From NCBI GenBank assembly GCA_963818475.1, contig CAWFSF010000006.1, positions 2,272,001-2,336,000 of the forward strand: 64,000 nt of DNA, in the 5' to 3' direction. Origin of the DNA: Nitrospirota bacterium (GTDB taxonomy: Bacteria > Nitrospirota > UBA9217). A program made the translations under genes and the position numbers. This document shows, piece by piece, positions 1 through 10,752 of the stretch. Each line of letters begins with the position of its first letter. Within the stretch, counting starts at the first letter, position 1. The notes beneath the pieces are model-generated. The model was not told where the DNA came from, did not search any database, and saw only the letters and a list, made by a program, of their open reading frames with translations.

Positions 1-106
1 TTCCTTTGCATGATCAACCACCGTTTGAAAATCGTTGGACGAAAGAGCGACGCAGAGCTGTTGCTTGAGGTTCTGCACGGTTGCCTGCCTTTCAGAGCGA
101 CAAATG

Positions 107-144
107 AAAAAAGGGCCTGTGCTTTCAAAGAAAGCGCAGGCCCT
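107..144 (-). terminator. Intrinsic terminator of the pil operon
   Basis: Minus strand AGGGCCTGCGCTTTC-ttt-GAAAGCACAGGCCCT followed by a T-run, just after the stop at 165. Confidence 0.8.
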
Positions 145-164
145 GGTCAGAGTTTCAGAATTCT

Positions 165-1754
165 TTATTGGACGACTAGATTGAAGGTGCCCGTGGTCGA
201 AACCCCATTGGCATCGGTCACGGTAATATCAAAGGTCGTCGTAGTTCCAACGGGATCGATACCCGGTTCTGTTCCCGAAAGTATGTCCCCTGTAAGGGTA
301 AGCCATGAGGCAGGTGGGGTCGGCGTTGAACTCCACGTATAAGGACCCGTTCCCGTTCCAGGAGTTACTCCAAACGTTACATTTGCGGTGCTGCCTGAGG
401 TCCAAGCAGTTAAAGGACTTGCTGTTGAGATAGCAGGTTCGGCATTAACCTGAATTATTGTATCGACCGAAGCGCTCACTGAATATATGTCAGTAACCGT
501 CAGCGTAACAGTGTAGGTTGCCGCAGATATTGGGGTACCACTTATGCCGTTGGACGTTCCCGTTAGAGAATTCAGACTAAGACCTGGCGGCAGATTCGTG
601 GCATTCCATGACAAGGTGCCAGTCCCAAATGATGCAACAAAAGCCGCCGCATCCGTCGCATAGGCTCCTGTCACGGTGGCTTGCGTTGGTGTCACTGCGA
701 CAGTTACCACTGGCTCGGCATGAACGGTCACCGTCAGATCTTTCGTGGCTACCAGACCGTCACCATCGGTAACACTGAACGTGGCGCCCCACGAGCCAGG
801 CGTTGTCGGAACGCCGCTTATGACCCCTGTTGAAGCATCAACCGTAAGGCCTGGCGCCATCGATGCGTTCACGCTCCAGGTATACGGTGCAACTCCTCCG
901 GCAACCGTGAGCGTGGTGGTGGGATAGGTTCCCAACACCGTAGCATCAGGCAACGACGTCGTCGTGATCGTAGGCGTTGGCGCAGTCGTAAACGACCAAT
1001 TGTAGTCAACCGCAAGCGTGTTGCCAGCAAGGTCCTTGATCCCATTTACCGCCACAAGCGTTACGGTATAAGTGCTGTTTGAAATCAGCGTGCCGGTAGT
1101 GAAGGTTGCTATCCCTCCGCCGTAAGTCACGGCTCCCGATACAGGACCGCCGCTTCCCGAGACCAGGAATGAAGTCGTCGAAACGGATGACGCAAGCAGC
1201 GCCTCGCTGAAGATAGCTTCTATGTTGGGATTGGTAACGGATATATTCGATGACCCGTTTGTTGGAGTGACTGAAGTTACAACAGGCGACGTTAAATCTG
1301 CAGCGGCCGTGGTCGTAAATGTCCATGAATAATTAGCAGCCATGGCATTTCCTACCACATCACTGATCCCTGATGTGAGAGTAGCGATGTACGTTGTAGT
1401 GCCCACCAAAGCGGAAGAAGGTTGAAAAGTAGCATTAGTGCCGTTCAATGACAGGAGAACAGTTCCGGTCACCGGAGTGCCGCCGCTTGTTTGAAGAACG
1501 AACGAACCTGTAGTGACTGTTGACCTAAGAACCGCCTCAGAAAAGGTTACTGAAAGGATAGATCCTATTCCGGCATTAATTGTGCCGTCAGCAGGAGAGA
1601 CTGTCACTACAGTCGGAGGTGTGGTGTCTCCCGCCCCGCCCGCCCCGCCAGGGATAGATGAAGGCGGAACAAGCTTTTCATCTTCGTTGCCGCAGCTTAT
1701 TAAGAGGGCAATGGTAACTAATAACAGTATATATTTATAAAGCGATTGTTTCAT
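165..1754 (-). CDS. Lipoprotein with tandem Ig-like repeats (Big_5/SbsA-like, then putative Ig/He_PIG-like), possible adhesin
   Basis: Lipobox LLISC; two DxTxPxVxxVxP...FSE...DxxGNxxAxxYxWxFTT repeats; three repeats of the LPPGLSL...ISGTP...VTD type; very Thr-rich. Confidence 0.8.
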   Translation of the reverse strand: MKQSLYKYILLLVTIALLISCGNEDEKLVPPSSIPGGAGGAGDTTPPTVVTVSPADGTINAGIGSILSVTFSEAVLRSTVTTGSFVLQTSGGTPVTGTVLLSLNGTNATFQPSSALVGTTTYIATLTSGISDVVGNAMAANYSWTFTTTAAADLTSPVVTSVTPTNGSSNISVTNPNIEAIFSEALLASSVSTTSFLVSGSGGPVSGAVTYGGGIATFTTGTLISNSTYTVTLVAVNGIKDLAGNTLAVDYNWSFTTAPTPTITTTSLPDATVLGTYPTTTLTVAGGVAPYTWSVNASMAPGLTVDASTGVISGVPTTPGSWGATFSVTDGDGLVATKDLTVTVHAEPVVTVAVTPTQATVTGAYATDAAAFVASFGTGTLSWNATNLPPGLSLNSLTGTSNGISGTPISAATYTVTLTVTDIYSVSASVDTIIQVNAEPAISTASPLTAWTSGSTANVTFGVTPGTGTGPYTWSSTPTPPASWLTLTGDILSGTEPGIDPVGTTTTFDITVTDANGVSTTGTFNLVVQ

Positions 1755-1840
1755 GCTTAATCCTCCTGTGGCGGTCGCGCTCTCTACAGATAACCGAAGC
1801 GACCAGGAACTGCTGCCTTTTTCATTCTCGAACCGAGCAC

Positions 1841-2323
1841 TTAAGTTACGGTAATATCAATTTTTTGAAACGCTGGACCGGAAAAGACACTGAACGTGCC
1901 GGTAGCTGGACAGGACGGATCCACTCGTACGGTAAAATATGCAAATCCGGATTTTCCTGTTTTTGTTCGATACGGGACAACAGCAGGTGCCCCTTCGGCA
2001 TTGAATAAATGCCATATCTGCAGAGCTGGATCTACTGAATTAGGCGCCCAACTCAGGTTTGCGTAAATTGTTATATTCTCCATGGGGAGTTCATCCGGCC
2101 CCAGAACTTGTACAGCAACAGTTGTATCATCAATATTTCCTGAACATGTAGCCGTACCAATCGAAGATGTGATATCGCCCGGCTGTATTACTATCGTGCT
2201 TCCAAACGGCGCCTCAATGCTTTTTTCAGTAGTAGTAGTAGTTCCACAAGCGTAAAGTAGGATCGACGCCACCAGGGTCAAGGCTGTAAAGACTCTCATT
2301 ACATGAGAACGCGTTTTATTCAT
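1841..2323 (-). CDS. Hypothetical lipoprotein, probably Ig-like
   Basis: Lipobox LLYAC; beta-rich mature part; GGAGG RBS; directly after pilQ. Confidence 0.65.
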   Translation of the reverse strand: MNKTRSHVMRVFTALTLVASILLYACGTTTTTEKSIEAPFGSTIVIQPGDITSSIGTATCSGNIDDTTVAVQVLGPDELPMENITIYANLSWAPNSVDPALQIWHLFNAEGAPAVVPYRTKTGKSGFAYFTVRVDPSCPATGTFSVFSGPAFQKIDITVT

Positions 2324-2349
2324 GGATACCTCCGTACGAAACTTGTACC

Positions 2350-4635
2350 TTAAATTTGCTCCTGCCTTATGATATTCGGCTTAATAAAGATGAGCAGTTC
2401 ACGTTTATCTTCCCGGCTGGTATTTTTGCGGAACAACCAGCCGATAAGCGGAAGGTCGCCGAAAAACGGCACTTTTGCGACACTTGCGCCGCGGTCCACG
2501 ATCAAAATACCGCCGATCACTGCCGTCTCGCCGTCTGAAAGAAGAATTTCTGTTTCAGCCTCGTTTTTTCGTATGGACGGTGAGCCTTCTACAATAATTG
2601 AACTGTCAGGCGCGTTCTTCTGAGCCTTGATCTTCATGAATATTTTATTATCTGGCGTCACGTGCGGTGTCACGACAAGAGACAAACTGGCATCGATAAA
2701 CGAAATCTGGGGCTGGCCGGTAGCTGTCGGCTGGAGAAAAGGTATCGACACACCCTGAGATATTTTGGCTTCTTTGTTATCGAGAGCGCTTACCCGTGGC
2801 GTTGAGATCACCTTACCCTCGCCGGTGGATTCCAGCGCCGATAAAACAATGTCCAGATTAAACGCTTTGCTGAGCGATCCGAAGGTGAACCCGATCGCGC
2901 CGCCGGAGCCCGATCCTGTTGCTGCCGGCAGGTTCACAAGATAGGTACCGACACCGGATGCCCCCGCTACGCCGGTTGGGGGTCCCGTTACCCCGATCGT
3001 GTTCGGGAATTGCAAGCCAGTCGGGTTCCCCGTCGCTGCCCCCGCCTTATAGTCGATGCCCCACTGTACGCCCAACTCGCGGCTGAAATTCAGGGATGCT
3101 TCGACGATCCTCGCCTCGATCATGACCTGCGGGATGGCCTTATCCAGGACTTTAACAAGTGCAACCACATCGTCAATGTTACGGGGAATGTCCTTGACGA
3201 TGATCGTATTGGTCCTCACGTCCACGACGGTCTCGCCGCGGGGGGAGAGGGATTTTTTAAGGGTCGGTTCGAGCGCGCTAGCAGTGCTGTAATTGATCGA
3301 AATGACCCTGGTTATCAGATCTTCCGCCTTCTTCTTTGCTTCCTTGGATTTCGTCTGTTCTTCTGCCTCTCTGGTCAATTCAGCGACGCCGGCGATACGA
3401 AGGATATCATCCTCAAGTACATAGCCCAGGCCGTTCATTCTCAGAATAATGTCCATGGCCTGGTCCCAGGGAATCCTGACCATGCGCACGGTGACCCTGC
3501 CCTTCACATCAGGAGCAAGAATGATGTTCAGATTCGCCACTTCGGCAAAGAGACGCATCACTGTTATCAGATCAGCGTCCTGGAGGTCGAGAGAGATCTT
3601 TTTCCCGGAAAACTTGCTGGTGCCGACAACCAAAGCATCTTGACGGGTCAGTGACTGATTCACTGTTTCCTCGGCTGCTGCCTTGGGCGCAGCCGGTGAC
3701 GCCGCTACCGGGGGGGCCGCAACTTCTTTTTCAGCTTCAGCAGCAGGCGGTGATGCCGGGGTCTCTGCCGATTTCTCCTGGACCGGGGTTTCTGCTGCTG
3801 CCACTGGCGCTGCTGCATTCATGGCGATAATAACGGTATTTCCGGTCGGCGTGACCGTGTACTCCATGGTTTTCGTGAGATCGAGCACCACGCGCACTTT
3901 TTTCTCATCGCGGTCCTTATGCTGGCCAACACGCACCTTGTCGAGGCCGCCCTTCCGTACTGGGATGACGGTCGGCCTTACTTTGCTGATGGCCCCGGGA
4001 ATATCAATGACAAGCCTCTTCCCCTCAAGCATGAAGGTGTTCGGATGAATGGTTCCGTTGCCGGCAATGACGACATTAACGCCGTCCTTTCCAGCCTTTG
4101 CCTTTACCGACGTCACAACGGTTGCCGTGCCTTTTTCCTGGCTGGGCTCTTCGGCAACTGCCGCTGGCGGGGCAGCGGTGATGGCCTCGGTTTCGGCCTT
4201 CGCTGTGTCAGCCGGCCTGGCAAGTTCAACGATCAGCTGTCCATTGAACTGGTATACCTTGGTATCTACCGGCTGATTGAGGCCGATCTCGAGGCGTGCA
4301 ATCGTGTCCATCTGGGTCGGCGTCACCGCTCCCACCGGGCCCTTATCCACGCTCAGGGGGTCCTTGAAGTTCCTGACATCAGCATCAGGGATATCAACGA
4401 CCAGCCGGAGCGGTTCCGTGAGCTGGAAAGAGGTATATTGCAAAATGGGTTCTCCGCCGGAGATGACCAGTTCTGTCTTGCCGTCCGTTTCTCTCGGTTC
4501 TATCTTTTCAATGACAACCATCTTGGTCTCTTGCGTTGCCGACGGCGTCGTACCGGCACAGCCGTTCAGCATGAAGATAAAGGGAACAAGAAGCAGCACA
4601 CAACCTATTTTGATACGGGGTTGAACGGACGTCAT
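2350..4635 (-). CDS. pilQ: Type IV pilus secretin PilQ with two AMIN domains
   Basis: AMIN motifs (PLRLVVDIP, RLVIDIPG, VRVGQH...VRVVLDL); KISLDLQDAD; QVMIEARIVEA; KVPFFGDLPLIGWLFR. Confidence 0.95.
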   Translation of the reverse strand: MTSVQPRIKIGCVLLLVPFIFMLNGCAGTTPSATQETKMVVIEKIEPRETDGKTELVISGGEPILQYTSFQLTEPLRLVVDIPDADVRNFKDPLSVDKGPVGAVTPTQMDTIARLEIGLNQPVDTKVYQFNGQLIVELARPADTAKAETEAITAAPPAAVAEEPSQEKGTATVVTSVKAKAGKDGVNVVIAGNGTIHPNTFMLEGKRLVIDIPGAISKVRPTVIPVRKGGLDKVRVGQHKDRDEKKVRVVLDLTKTMEYTVTPTGNTVIIAMNAAAPVAAAETPVQEKSAETPASPPAAEAEKEVAAPPVAASPAAPKAAAEETVNQSLTRQDALVVGTSKFSGKKISLDLQDADLITVMRLFAEVANLNIILAPDVKGRVTVRMVRIPWDQAMDIILRMNGLGYVLEDDILRIAGVAELTREAEEQTKSKEAKKKAEDLITRVISINYSTASALEPTLKKSLSPRGETVVDVRTNTIIVKDIPRNIDDVVALVKVLDKAIPQVMIEARIVEASLNFSRELGVQWGIDYKAGAATGNPTGLQFPNTIGVTGPPTGVAGASGVGTYLVNLPAATGSGSGGAIGFTFGSLSKAFNLDIVLSALESTGEGKVISTPRVSALDNKEAKISQGVSIPFLQPTATGQPQISFIDASLSLVVTPHVTPDNKIFMKIKAQKNAPDSSIIVEGSPSIRKNEAETEILLSDGETAVIGGILIVDRGASVAKVPFFGDLPLIGWLFRKNTSREDKRELLIFIKPNIIRQEQI

Positions 4636-5162
4636 TACATCCCCTCCTGTTTTTTCCGGAGATTTATAATAATCTCCCTGCGTTCATCAGCGCCTAAATA
4701 ATTTTTAAATTTCTCCTCAAGCACCAAGGAATCCTCGGTGATTTTTTTCACCACCGCCTTGTTCGGACCGATGCGCGACCCGACATGCACAAAATAGCCT
4801 TTACCGTCAGGGCCTTCCAGCATGGCATTATAGCCGAAGCCCCCCCAGAGGATGCCGGTCATTCTAAACTCATTGATCGTATAGCGCTCCAGCGGCGGCA
4901 GGTTGGTCTGGCCTGGTTGCTTGCTCAAGCGGCTCACAATGGGTGCAAAAGGATCACGCCGGTCCCCGGGATAGTAAGCATAGTCGGCAACGCTCTGGCT
5001 GGGAACAGCAACGCCCGCTGTAGACGTCATTTGCGAAGTGACCGTCGCCGCCGACACCGGCGCCGTCTGCTTCGCCTTGTCAGCCGGGGGGCTGGCTGTG
5101 TCCTTCGAGCCGGAACACCCGACACTGACAATCAGCAACGCTGCCAGGAAACCGGGGAGCAT
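4635..5162 (-). CDS. pilP: Pilus assembly lipoprotein PilP (start likely ATG 5162; ORF open to 5213)
   Basis: RRDPFAP, PLERY, GILWG...AML...DGKGYFVHVG motifs; position between pilO and pilQ. Confidence 0.9.
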   Translation of the reverse strand: MLPGFLAALLIVSVGCSGSKDTASPPADKAKQTAPVSAATVTSQMTSTAGVAVPSQSVADYAYYPGDRRDPFAPIVSRLSKQPGQTNLPPLERYTINEFRMTGILWGGFGYNAMLEGPDGKGYFVHVGSRIGPNKAVVKKITEDSLVLEEKFKNYLGADERREIIINLRKKQEGM

Positions 5163-5172
5163 CCCCGTCAGG

Positions 5173-5790
5173 CTATTGCCTCTTTTTTGCTGGTGTTTTT
5201 GGCGCTGTCTCAACTTTTTTCTCCACGGCGGCGAACGTCATTGCCGTACAATTGATAGCAATTTCCATTGCCCCGTCCGGGGCAGACTTCGCCTGGCCCA
5301 TCTTGATGTTCAATATGTTCACGATACGTTTTACTTTGCTGATACTGTCGAAAAATATCCCCACATTATGATACCCGCCGAGCAGGTCCACGGAAATGGG
5401 AATCTCCTCATAAAGTCCGCTAGCATGGGTCCGCCGCCTCTCGGGCCTCCACAGCTTGAGCGTGAGGCCGGACCTGTTCACCAGACCCTGAAGTTCGCCG
5501 AGCAGCGTCGACACTTCGGTCTCCTGCGGCAGCTGTTCCGACAGAACCTTCAGCTTCGCATTGAGCGTCACTACCTCCTGTTCGAGCTCGGCCAGTCTCA
5601 TGATCCGTTCTTCATTGCTCCGTATAATTGCCTTTGTTTCCTTTAAGACAACTTCATTTTTTCTGATTTCGGAGATTATGGGGATGTATATAAAATAGAC
5701 GAATAGTCCTATCAGCACGCACAGGAATCCGATGAAGCCGTAGATCCGGGTCTTTGCGGGGATATTCTGTATTTTATTGACGAGAGCCAT
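5173..5790 (-). CDS. pilO: Pilus assembly protein PilO
   Basis: N-terminal TM, coiled coil, LPQETEVSTLL, GGYHNVGIFFDSISKVKRIVNI. Confidence 0.92.
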   Translation of the reverse strand: MALVNKIQNIPAKTRIYGFIGFLCVLIGLFVYFIYIPIISEIRKNEVVLKETKAIIRSNEERIMRLAELEQEVVTLNAKLKVLSEQLPQETEVSTLLGELQGLVNRSGLTLKLWRPERRRTHASGLYEEIPISVDLLGGYHNVGIFFDSISKVKRIVNILNIKMGQAKSAPDGAMEIAINCTAMTFAAVEKKVETAPKTPAKKRQ

Positions 5791-6338
5791 TACTCTCCTT
5801 TGACCTTGAACTGAAGTTTGTACTGATAGACATCAGTGTTTTCGAATCTGGCCTGTTTTGATTCAAGAAGTACGACATCGCTGAAAAAGGGTTCGGCTTT
5901 CAGGTTGTCGATAAAGCGCACCACTTCATTGTTCGTAAAAGCCAGCCCTTCGATATGTAGCAGTCCGGCATTTTCCGAAAGCGAGGTAAGGTTCAGTCCC
6001 TTGGGCAATGCCCTGCTGACCTTGTCAAGAAGCTTGACGGGGCCGCTCTGATTCTTTTTCAGCTGTTCAATGATAGCGATCTTTTCCAGGACCGTTTTCT
6101 TGACCGCTTCAACATTGGCGACCTTCTCCAGCTTTTTCTTCTGGTCTGCCACTGTTGCTTTTGCCGTGTTAACCTGCTTTTGCAGGTTGGCGGCATGGGT
6201 TGTCAATGTGATCCAGAAGAACGCAAGGCCACCCACGGTCACGGTCAACAGCAGCACGCCGAGAATCAGCTGCTGCTGCAGTTCGGTCATTTTCTTCGCA
6301 GGTTTCCGCTTGGTAGGGAGGAGATTTATCTTTATCAT
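5790..6338 (-). CDS. pilN: Pilus assembly protein PilN
   Basis: MIKINLLP N-terminal motif; ATG overlaps the pilM stop (TGATG). Confidence 0.92.
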   Translation of the reverse strand: MIKINLLPTKRKPAKKMTELQQQLILGVLLLTVTVGGLAFFWITLTTHAANLQKQVNTAKATVADQKKKLEKVANVEAVKKTVLEKIAIIEQLKKNQSGPVKLLDKVSRALPKGLNLTSLSENAGLLHIEGLAFTNNEVVRFIDNLKAEPFFSDVVLLESKQARFENTDVYQYKLQFKVKGE

Positions 6339-7402
6339 CAGTCCCCTGGCCTCCTCATTGCGAGCCCCACCGCCACGGCGCACAAGGGTGCGGCCTCTTC
6401 AATGAGGGCGGGATTAAAGCGTTTTGGATCAACTTTCAGGTTTTTGAAAGGATTCGCCACTTCCACCGGAATCTCAAGCCGCTCCGAGAGGATGGTGCTG
6501 AACTGTCCGATCCGTGCGCATCCTCCCGATACCAGCACCCGCTCTACCGGCTCGTTGCCGGTCGTGGAGCGGAAGAACTCAAATGAACGCTGCGTCTCGG
6601 CCACAATATCCTCGGTAACCGCGGCGATCGCTGTTGCCAGCTCCTCCCGGTCGGCGCCGTCAACGTCCTCGCCACGCTTCACCATCTCGGCATCCTCGTA
6701 GGACAGCCCGAAATCGCGCTGCAGCGCCTCGGTGTAGCGGTTGCCGCCGACCGTGATGTCACGGGTAAAGATCGAGATCCCATCCCGAATAATATTGATG
6801 TTCATCACGGAAGCCCCGATGTTGAGGAGGGCCGTTGCGCCTGATTCCATTTCGTAGTTCAGTTCATACATGTTGGCCAGTGCAAAGGCGTCCACGTCCA
6901 TCACCACTGGCTCAAGCCCCGCTTCCTTGACCAGGTTGACATAATCGTTGATCTTGTCCTTTTTCACCGCCACCAGCAGAACGTCTGCCTGCCCCTCGGT
7001 GGCGGCGGGACCCAGCTTCTGAAAATCGACATTCACATCGTCGATGGAGAAGGGAATATACTGTTCGGCCTCCCACTTGATGGACTCGGCAAGCTCCTCG
7101 TCGGACATGTCGGCAACGGAAACACGTTTGATGATCACCGAGCTGCCGGAGACCGATATGACCACGCTCTTGGTCGAGACCTTCTGTTTTGCCACCAGTT
7201 CCTTGATCGCCTCGACAACCCTGCCGGCGTCCATTACCGCGCCCTCAACGATGACCTCGGGCGGCAGGGGTATCATTCCGAACTTGACGAGCTGGTAGTT
7301 CTTCTCCGACCCCTTCAGCTGTACCAGCTTGATAAAGGTGGACCCGATGTCCAGCGCTATTGGTTCTACTTTTTCTCGTAAAGAACATATTCTCTCCGGC
7401 AC
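6338..7402 (-). CDS. pilM: Pilus assembly protein PilM (actin-like)
   Basis: ALDIGSTFIK, EAEQYIPF, VLVSGG, AVAVGLAMR motifs. Confidence 0.95.
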   Translation of the reverse strand: MPERICSLREKVEPIALDIGSTFIKLVQLKGSEKNYQLVKFGMIPLPPEVIVEGAVMDAGRVVEAIKELVAKQKVSTKSVVISVSGSSVIIKRVSVADMSDEELAESIKWEAEQYIPFSIDDVNVDFQKLGPAATEGQADVLLVAVKKDKINDYVNLVKEAGLEPVVMDVDAFALANMYELNYEMESGATALLNIGASVMNINIIRDGISIFTRDITVGGNRYTEALQRDFGLSYEDAEMVKRGEDVDGADREELATAIAAVTEDIVAETQRSFEFFRSTTGNEPVERVLVSGGCARIGQFSTILSERLEIPVEVANPFKNLKVDPKRFNPALIEEAAPLCAVAVGLAMRRPGD

Positions 7403-7410
7403 TCGCCTGG

Positions 7411-7611
7411 CTAAACGGTATTCTTGCCCCTGATGATCTTGTCGATGGTCTTCAGATTGCTCTCAGTGTACAATCTCCAGCCGCGCCAATCGCGCTCAAC
7501 CCCGCTCAGGATGCCCTGACTCTCCCACCGGAACAGCGTTGCACGTGAGATATCGTACTTGTCGCAGATTTCGCTGGTTTTGTATTTTTTCGGTTGTTTG
7601 CGCGTAACCAT
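7411..7611 (-). CDS. Small MerR-type HTH DNA-binding protein with no effector domain
   Basis: YKTSEICDKYDISRATLFRWESQG...RDWRGWRLYT winged-HTH pattern; GAGGG RBS. Confidence 0.85.
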   Translation of the reverse strand: MVTRKQPKKYKTSEICDKYDISRATLFRWESQGILSGVERDWRGWRLYTESNLKTIDKIIRGKNTV

Positions 7612-7660
7612 GCTACCCTCTCTAGGAACAATAATATGGATAGTTATAGTAAGTATAGTT

Positions 7661-7690
7661 ATTATGATATAAGTACTTGAATATTGTCAA
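7661..7690 (-). promoter_or_regulatory. Sigma70-type promoter of the HTH-pilMNOPQ operon
   Basis: TTGACA-18 bp-CATAAT; spacer contains the palindrome AAGTACTT. Confidence 0.55.
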
Positions 7691-7980
7691 GCCTTTTCTT
7701 CATTTTTTTCATACTTTTTTCGCAGTTCTCTGTTTCTACCGTATCTGGTATGTCTCCGGCCGTGGCCATACTTTATTTTGCGGCGCGCCTATAACGTATT
7801 TTTTTACGATTGTTTTCGGGGAATGCCGAAGAAATCTTTTTCCCCGGGCCCGGCGCTCATGCAGCAAGGAAAATGGTTGCACACGGGAGGCCGTGAAGAA
7901 CAGACGCCAACATCATTTTTGACCGTTTACTTTTCCCTCTCGTTGGTGAATAATGCATATCAGCGAACACGGGGGTCACC

Positions 7981-9033
7981 ATGGACAGCAACCTCCTCAG
8001 GGACATCAAATTCAATTGCGACGTTTCGGACGCGCAGTATTGGGGTTATTTTTCGATCTGCGGGCTGCTGATGCGTTATCGCGACCTCTTTCGGTCCGAG
8101 AAGGGCCTCGCCTTCCGGGCAGAGATCAAGAATGATGATATCGGTGCCTGGATACAGGCAAAGGAATCAGCATGGCCGGCACTGGAGCAGCAATCCTTCC
8201 GCAGCTTGATCCTGGACGGGAAGAGCTATGACCCCTTTGACCAGGGTGGGATCAACCGCCTGCTGGTCCCGCAGGGACTCATCTACGGCGCGGGCTACGG
8301 CATGTATATGAAGCCCACTTTTTTTCTGGCCCGCCTCGTTTCGATCCGCGAGCTCGACGGTCTGACGGTCTATACGTCGGATACTGAACTGGTGCGGGAC
8401 CTCTTTACGGCTTCCGGCATGCTCCAGGGAACGTCGATCCTGCTTCGCCTCGAACCACTGACCATGCTGCTCATGAGCAGGTTCTCGTCCTTGCCCCCCC
8501 GGAAGGAAACAGCGCTGGATGATGCTTTTGCGCAGTATGGCTTCCCGATCCGGCAGATCATGGACAGCACCTTCGAAGAGCGCCTCAAGAGCACGGCGCT
8601 GCGCTACTCCGAAACGATCCTCTACCATGAACGTGCCGAGGCGCGGGAACAGATGCTTGAATGGAAGGACCTCCTCCGGACCGCCGGAGACCGCAAAGCG
8701 GAACACTATGTCCGGGCCATAAAGGACCTGATCGCCGACACCTCTGATCATGGGCCCTATAAGCGGATGATCGAGACCAGGGACCGCGGCGCACTCAGCC
8801 TGTATCTGGCGCTGGCGGAAGGTTTCCAGAAAGCACTGTTCCCCGAGATGAAAAAAGCATACGCGCTTTTTCGGCAGACCGGGGAATGGGAGCTGATCGA
8901 AGATGCCCGCATCGCAGGCCGCGGACGTTTCAACCTCCAGCGCTCAAGGATCATCGATATCTTCCAGAGGAGCACGGCTGAGGATTTCGGCCGCGCCATA
9001 CGGGCGCTTGCAGACAGTGAGATCCGTGAATAA
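7981..9033 (+). CDS. Conserved hypothetical protein (Sfum_1244-like)
   Basis: NCDVSDA.YWG.FSICGLLMRYRDL and YGAGYG..MKPTFFLA motifs recalled for this family. Confidence 0.7.
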   Translation: MDSNLLRDIKFNCDVSDAQYWGYFSICGLLMRYRDLFRSEKGLAFRAEIKNDDIGAWIQAKESAWPALEQQSFRSLILDGKSYDPFDQGGINRLLVPQGLIYGAGYGMYMKPTFFLARLVSIRELDGLTVYTSDTELVRDLFTASGMLQGTSILLRLEPLTMLLMSRFSSLPPRKETALDDAFAQYGFPIRQIMDSTFEERLKSTALRYSETILYHERAEAREQMLEWKDLLRTAGDRKAEHYVRAIKDLIADTSDHGPYKRMIETRDRGALSLYLALAEGFQKALFPEMKKAYALFRQTGEWELIEDARIAGRGRFNLQRSRIIDIFQRSTAEDFGRAIRALADSEIRE

Positions 9034-9194
9034 TGTATCCGAAGAACTGAACTTCCGAAGTCCAGGGAACAGGATTTTTTTCTGGAAGAGATGCACAGCG
9101 CAGGACGCGCCATAAAAGGCTTGCAATGGAAATATCTTTGTGAAATAATTCACTCCGCCGCGCAAAGAATAGGTACGATTATCACGGAGGCGCC

Positions 9195-10667
9195 ATGACA
9201 CAACAAGCAGTCCTGCTCATCGCAAAAGGAAAGAACGAGATCGCGGTTCTGCCGCGCATGGCGAACCGGCACGGACTGATCGCCGGCGCCACGGGCACCG
9301 GCAAGACCGTAACGCTCCGCGTGATGGCCGAGCAGTTCAGCCGGATCGGCGTGCCGGTCTTCATGGCCGACGTCAAGGGCGACCTATCCGGCATTGCCCG
9401 GCCGGGCGGCGACAGACCCGAGTTCAACGCCCGGGCAAAGCAGCTGGGGGTCGCCGACTATGCCTTCGACAGCTGCCCCACGGTGTTCTGGGATGTTTTC
9501 GGCCAGCAGGGACATCCGGTCCGCACAACCGTCTCGGAAATGGGCCCCCTCCTCCTCTCGCGCGTCCTGAACCTGAACGAGGTCCAGAGCGGCGTACTGA
9601 CCATCATTTTCAAGATCGCCGACAGCAGCGGCCTGCTGCTCCTGGACCTGAAGGACCTCCGCGCCATGACTCAGTTCGTGGGAGACAACGCGGACCAGTT
9701 CAAAACCGGATACGGAAATATCTCCACCGCAAGCATCGGGGCGATCCAGCGCGGCCTGCTGACCATCGACGAGCAGGGCGGCGGCATCTTCTTCGGCGAG
9801 CCCGCCCTGAACCTCCAGGACATGATGCAGACCGACGAACGCGGCAAGGGCGTCATCAACATTCTTGCAGCGGACAGGCTCATGCAGTCGCCGAAGCTCT
9901 ATGCCACGTTCCTGCTCTGGATGCTCTCCGAGCTCTATGAGACCCTGCCCGAGGTGGGCGACCTGGAAAAACCGAAATTCGTTTTTTTCTTTGACGAGGC
10001 GCACCTGCTTTTCGAGGATACGCCCAAAGCGCTGGAGGACAAGATCGAGCAGGTGGTGCGGCTCATCCGTTCCAAGGGCGTCGGCGTCTACTTCGTCACC
10101 CAGAATCCGATCGATATTCCCGAGACCGTGCTGGGCCAGCTCGGGAACCGCGTGCAGCATGCGCTCCGTGCGTTCACGCCCCGGGACCAGAAGGTGGTCA
10201 AGGCCGCAGCCGAGACCTTTCGCGCCGACCCCGGCCTCGATGTGGCAAAGGCCATCACGGAGCTTGGCGTGGGCGAGGCGCTTGTTTCCGTGCTCGACGC
10301 CAAGGGCAGCCCCACCGTCGTGGAGCGCGCCAAGATCTTCCCTCCCCGCAGCCGACTCACCCCTTTGACGATGGACGAGCGCAGTGCCGTTATTACGACA
10401 TCGCTGCTCTATGGCCATTATGAGAAATCCGTTGACCGAGAATCCGCCTATGAAAAGCTGAAGCAGCGTGCCGGGGAGCAGAAAGCAGATGAAGAGCAGG
10501 CAGCGCCGGCCCCGAAAGGGCGCGCCGCCGCGCCGCGGTCCGAGACGGGAGATATCCTCGGCGCCATGGCCAAAAGTGCAGCCCATGCCATCGGCAGCCA
10601 GCTTGGACGCCAGATCATCCGTGGCGTGCTCGGTTCGATCCTAGGCGGAAGCACCAGAAGGCGGTAA
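9195..10667 (+). CDS. HerA-like ATPase, DUF853/YjgR family
   Basis: [52 protein letters not shown]. Confidence 0.92.
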   Translation: MTQQAVLLIAKGKNEIAVLPRMANRHGLIAGATGTGKTVTLRVMAEQFSRIGVPVFMADVKGDLSGIARPGGDRPEFNARAKQLGVADYAFDSCPTVFWDVFGQQGHPVRTTVSEMGPLLLSRVLNLNEVQSGVLTIIFKIADSSGLLLLDLKDLRAMTQFVGDNADQFKTGYGNISTASIGAIQRGLLTIDEQGGGIFFGEPALNLQDMMQTDERGKGVINILAADRLMQSPKLYATFLLWMLSELYETLPEVGDLEKPKFVFFFDEAHLLFEDTPKALEDKIEQVVRLIRSKGVGVYFVTQNPIDIPETVLGQLGNRVQHALRAFTPRDQKVVKAAAETFRADPGLDVAKAITELGVGEALVSVLDAKGSPTVVERAKIFPPRSRLTPLTMDERSAVITTSLLYGHYEKSVDRESAYEKLKQRAGEQKADEEQAAPAPKGRAAAPRSETGDILGAMAKSAAHAIGSQLGRQIIRGVLGSILGGSTRRR

Positions 10668-10687
10668 CTGCCCAGGCCCCGACAACC

Positions 10688-10716
10688 TTGACAGAAGTTT
10701 TCCGATTCGCTATAGT
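10688..10716 (+). promoter_or_regulatory. Sigma70 promoter
   Basis: TTGACA-17 bp-TATAGT. Confidence 0.7.
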
Positions 10717-10752
10717 TTCCTCATTACTTCAACTCATTCAAGGAGGTTTTCT

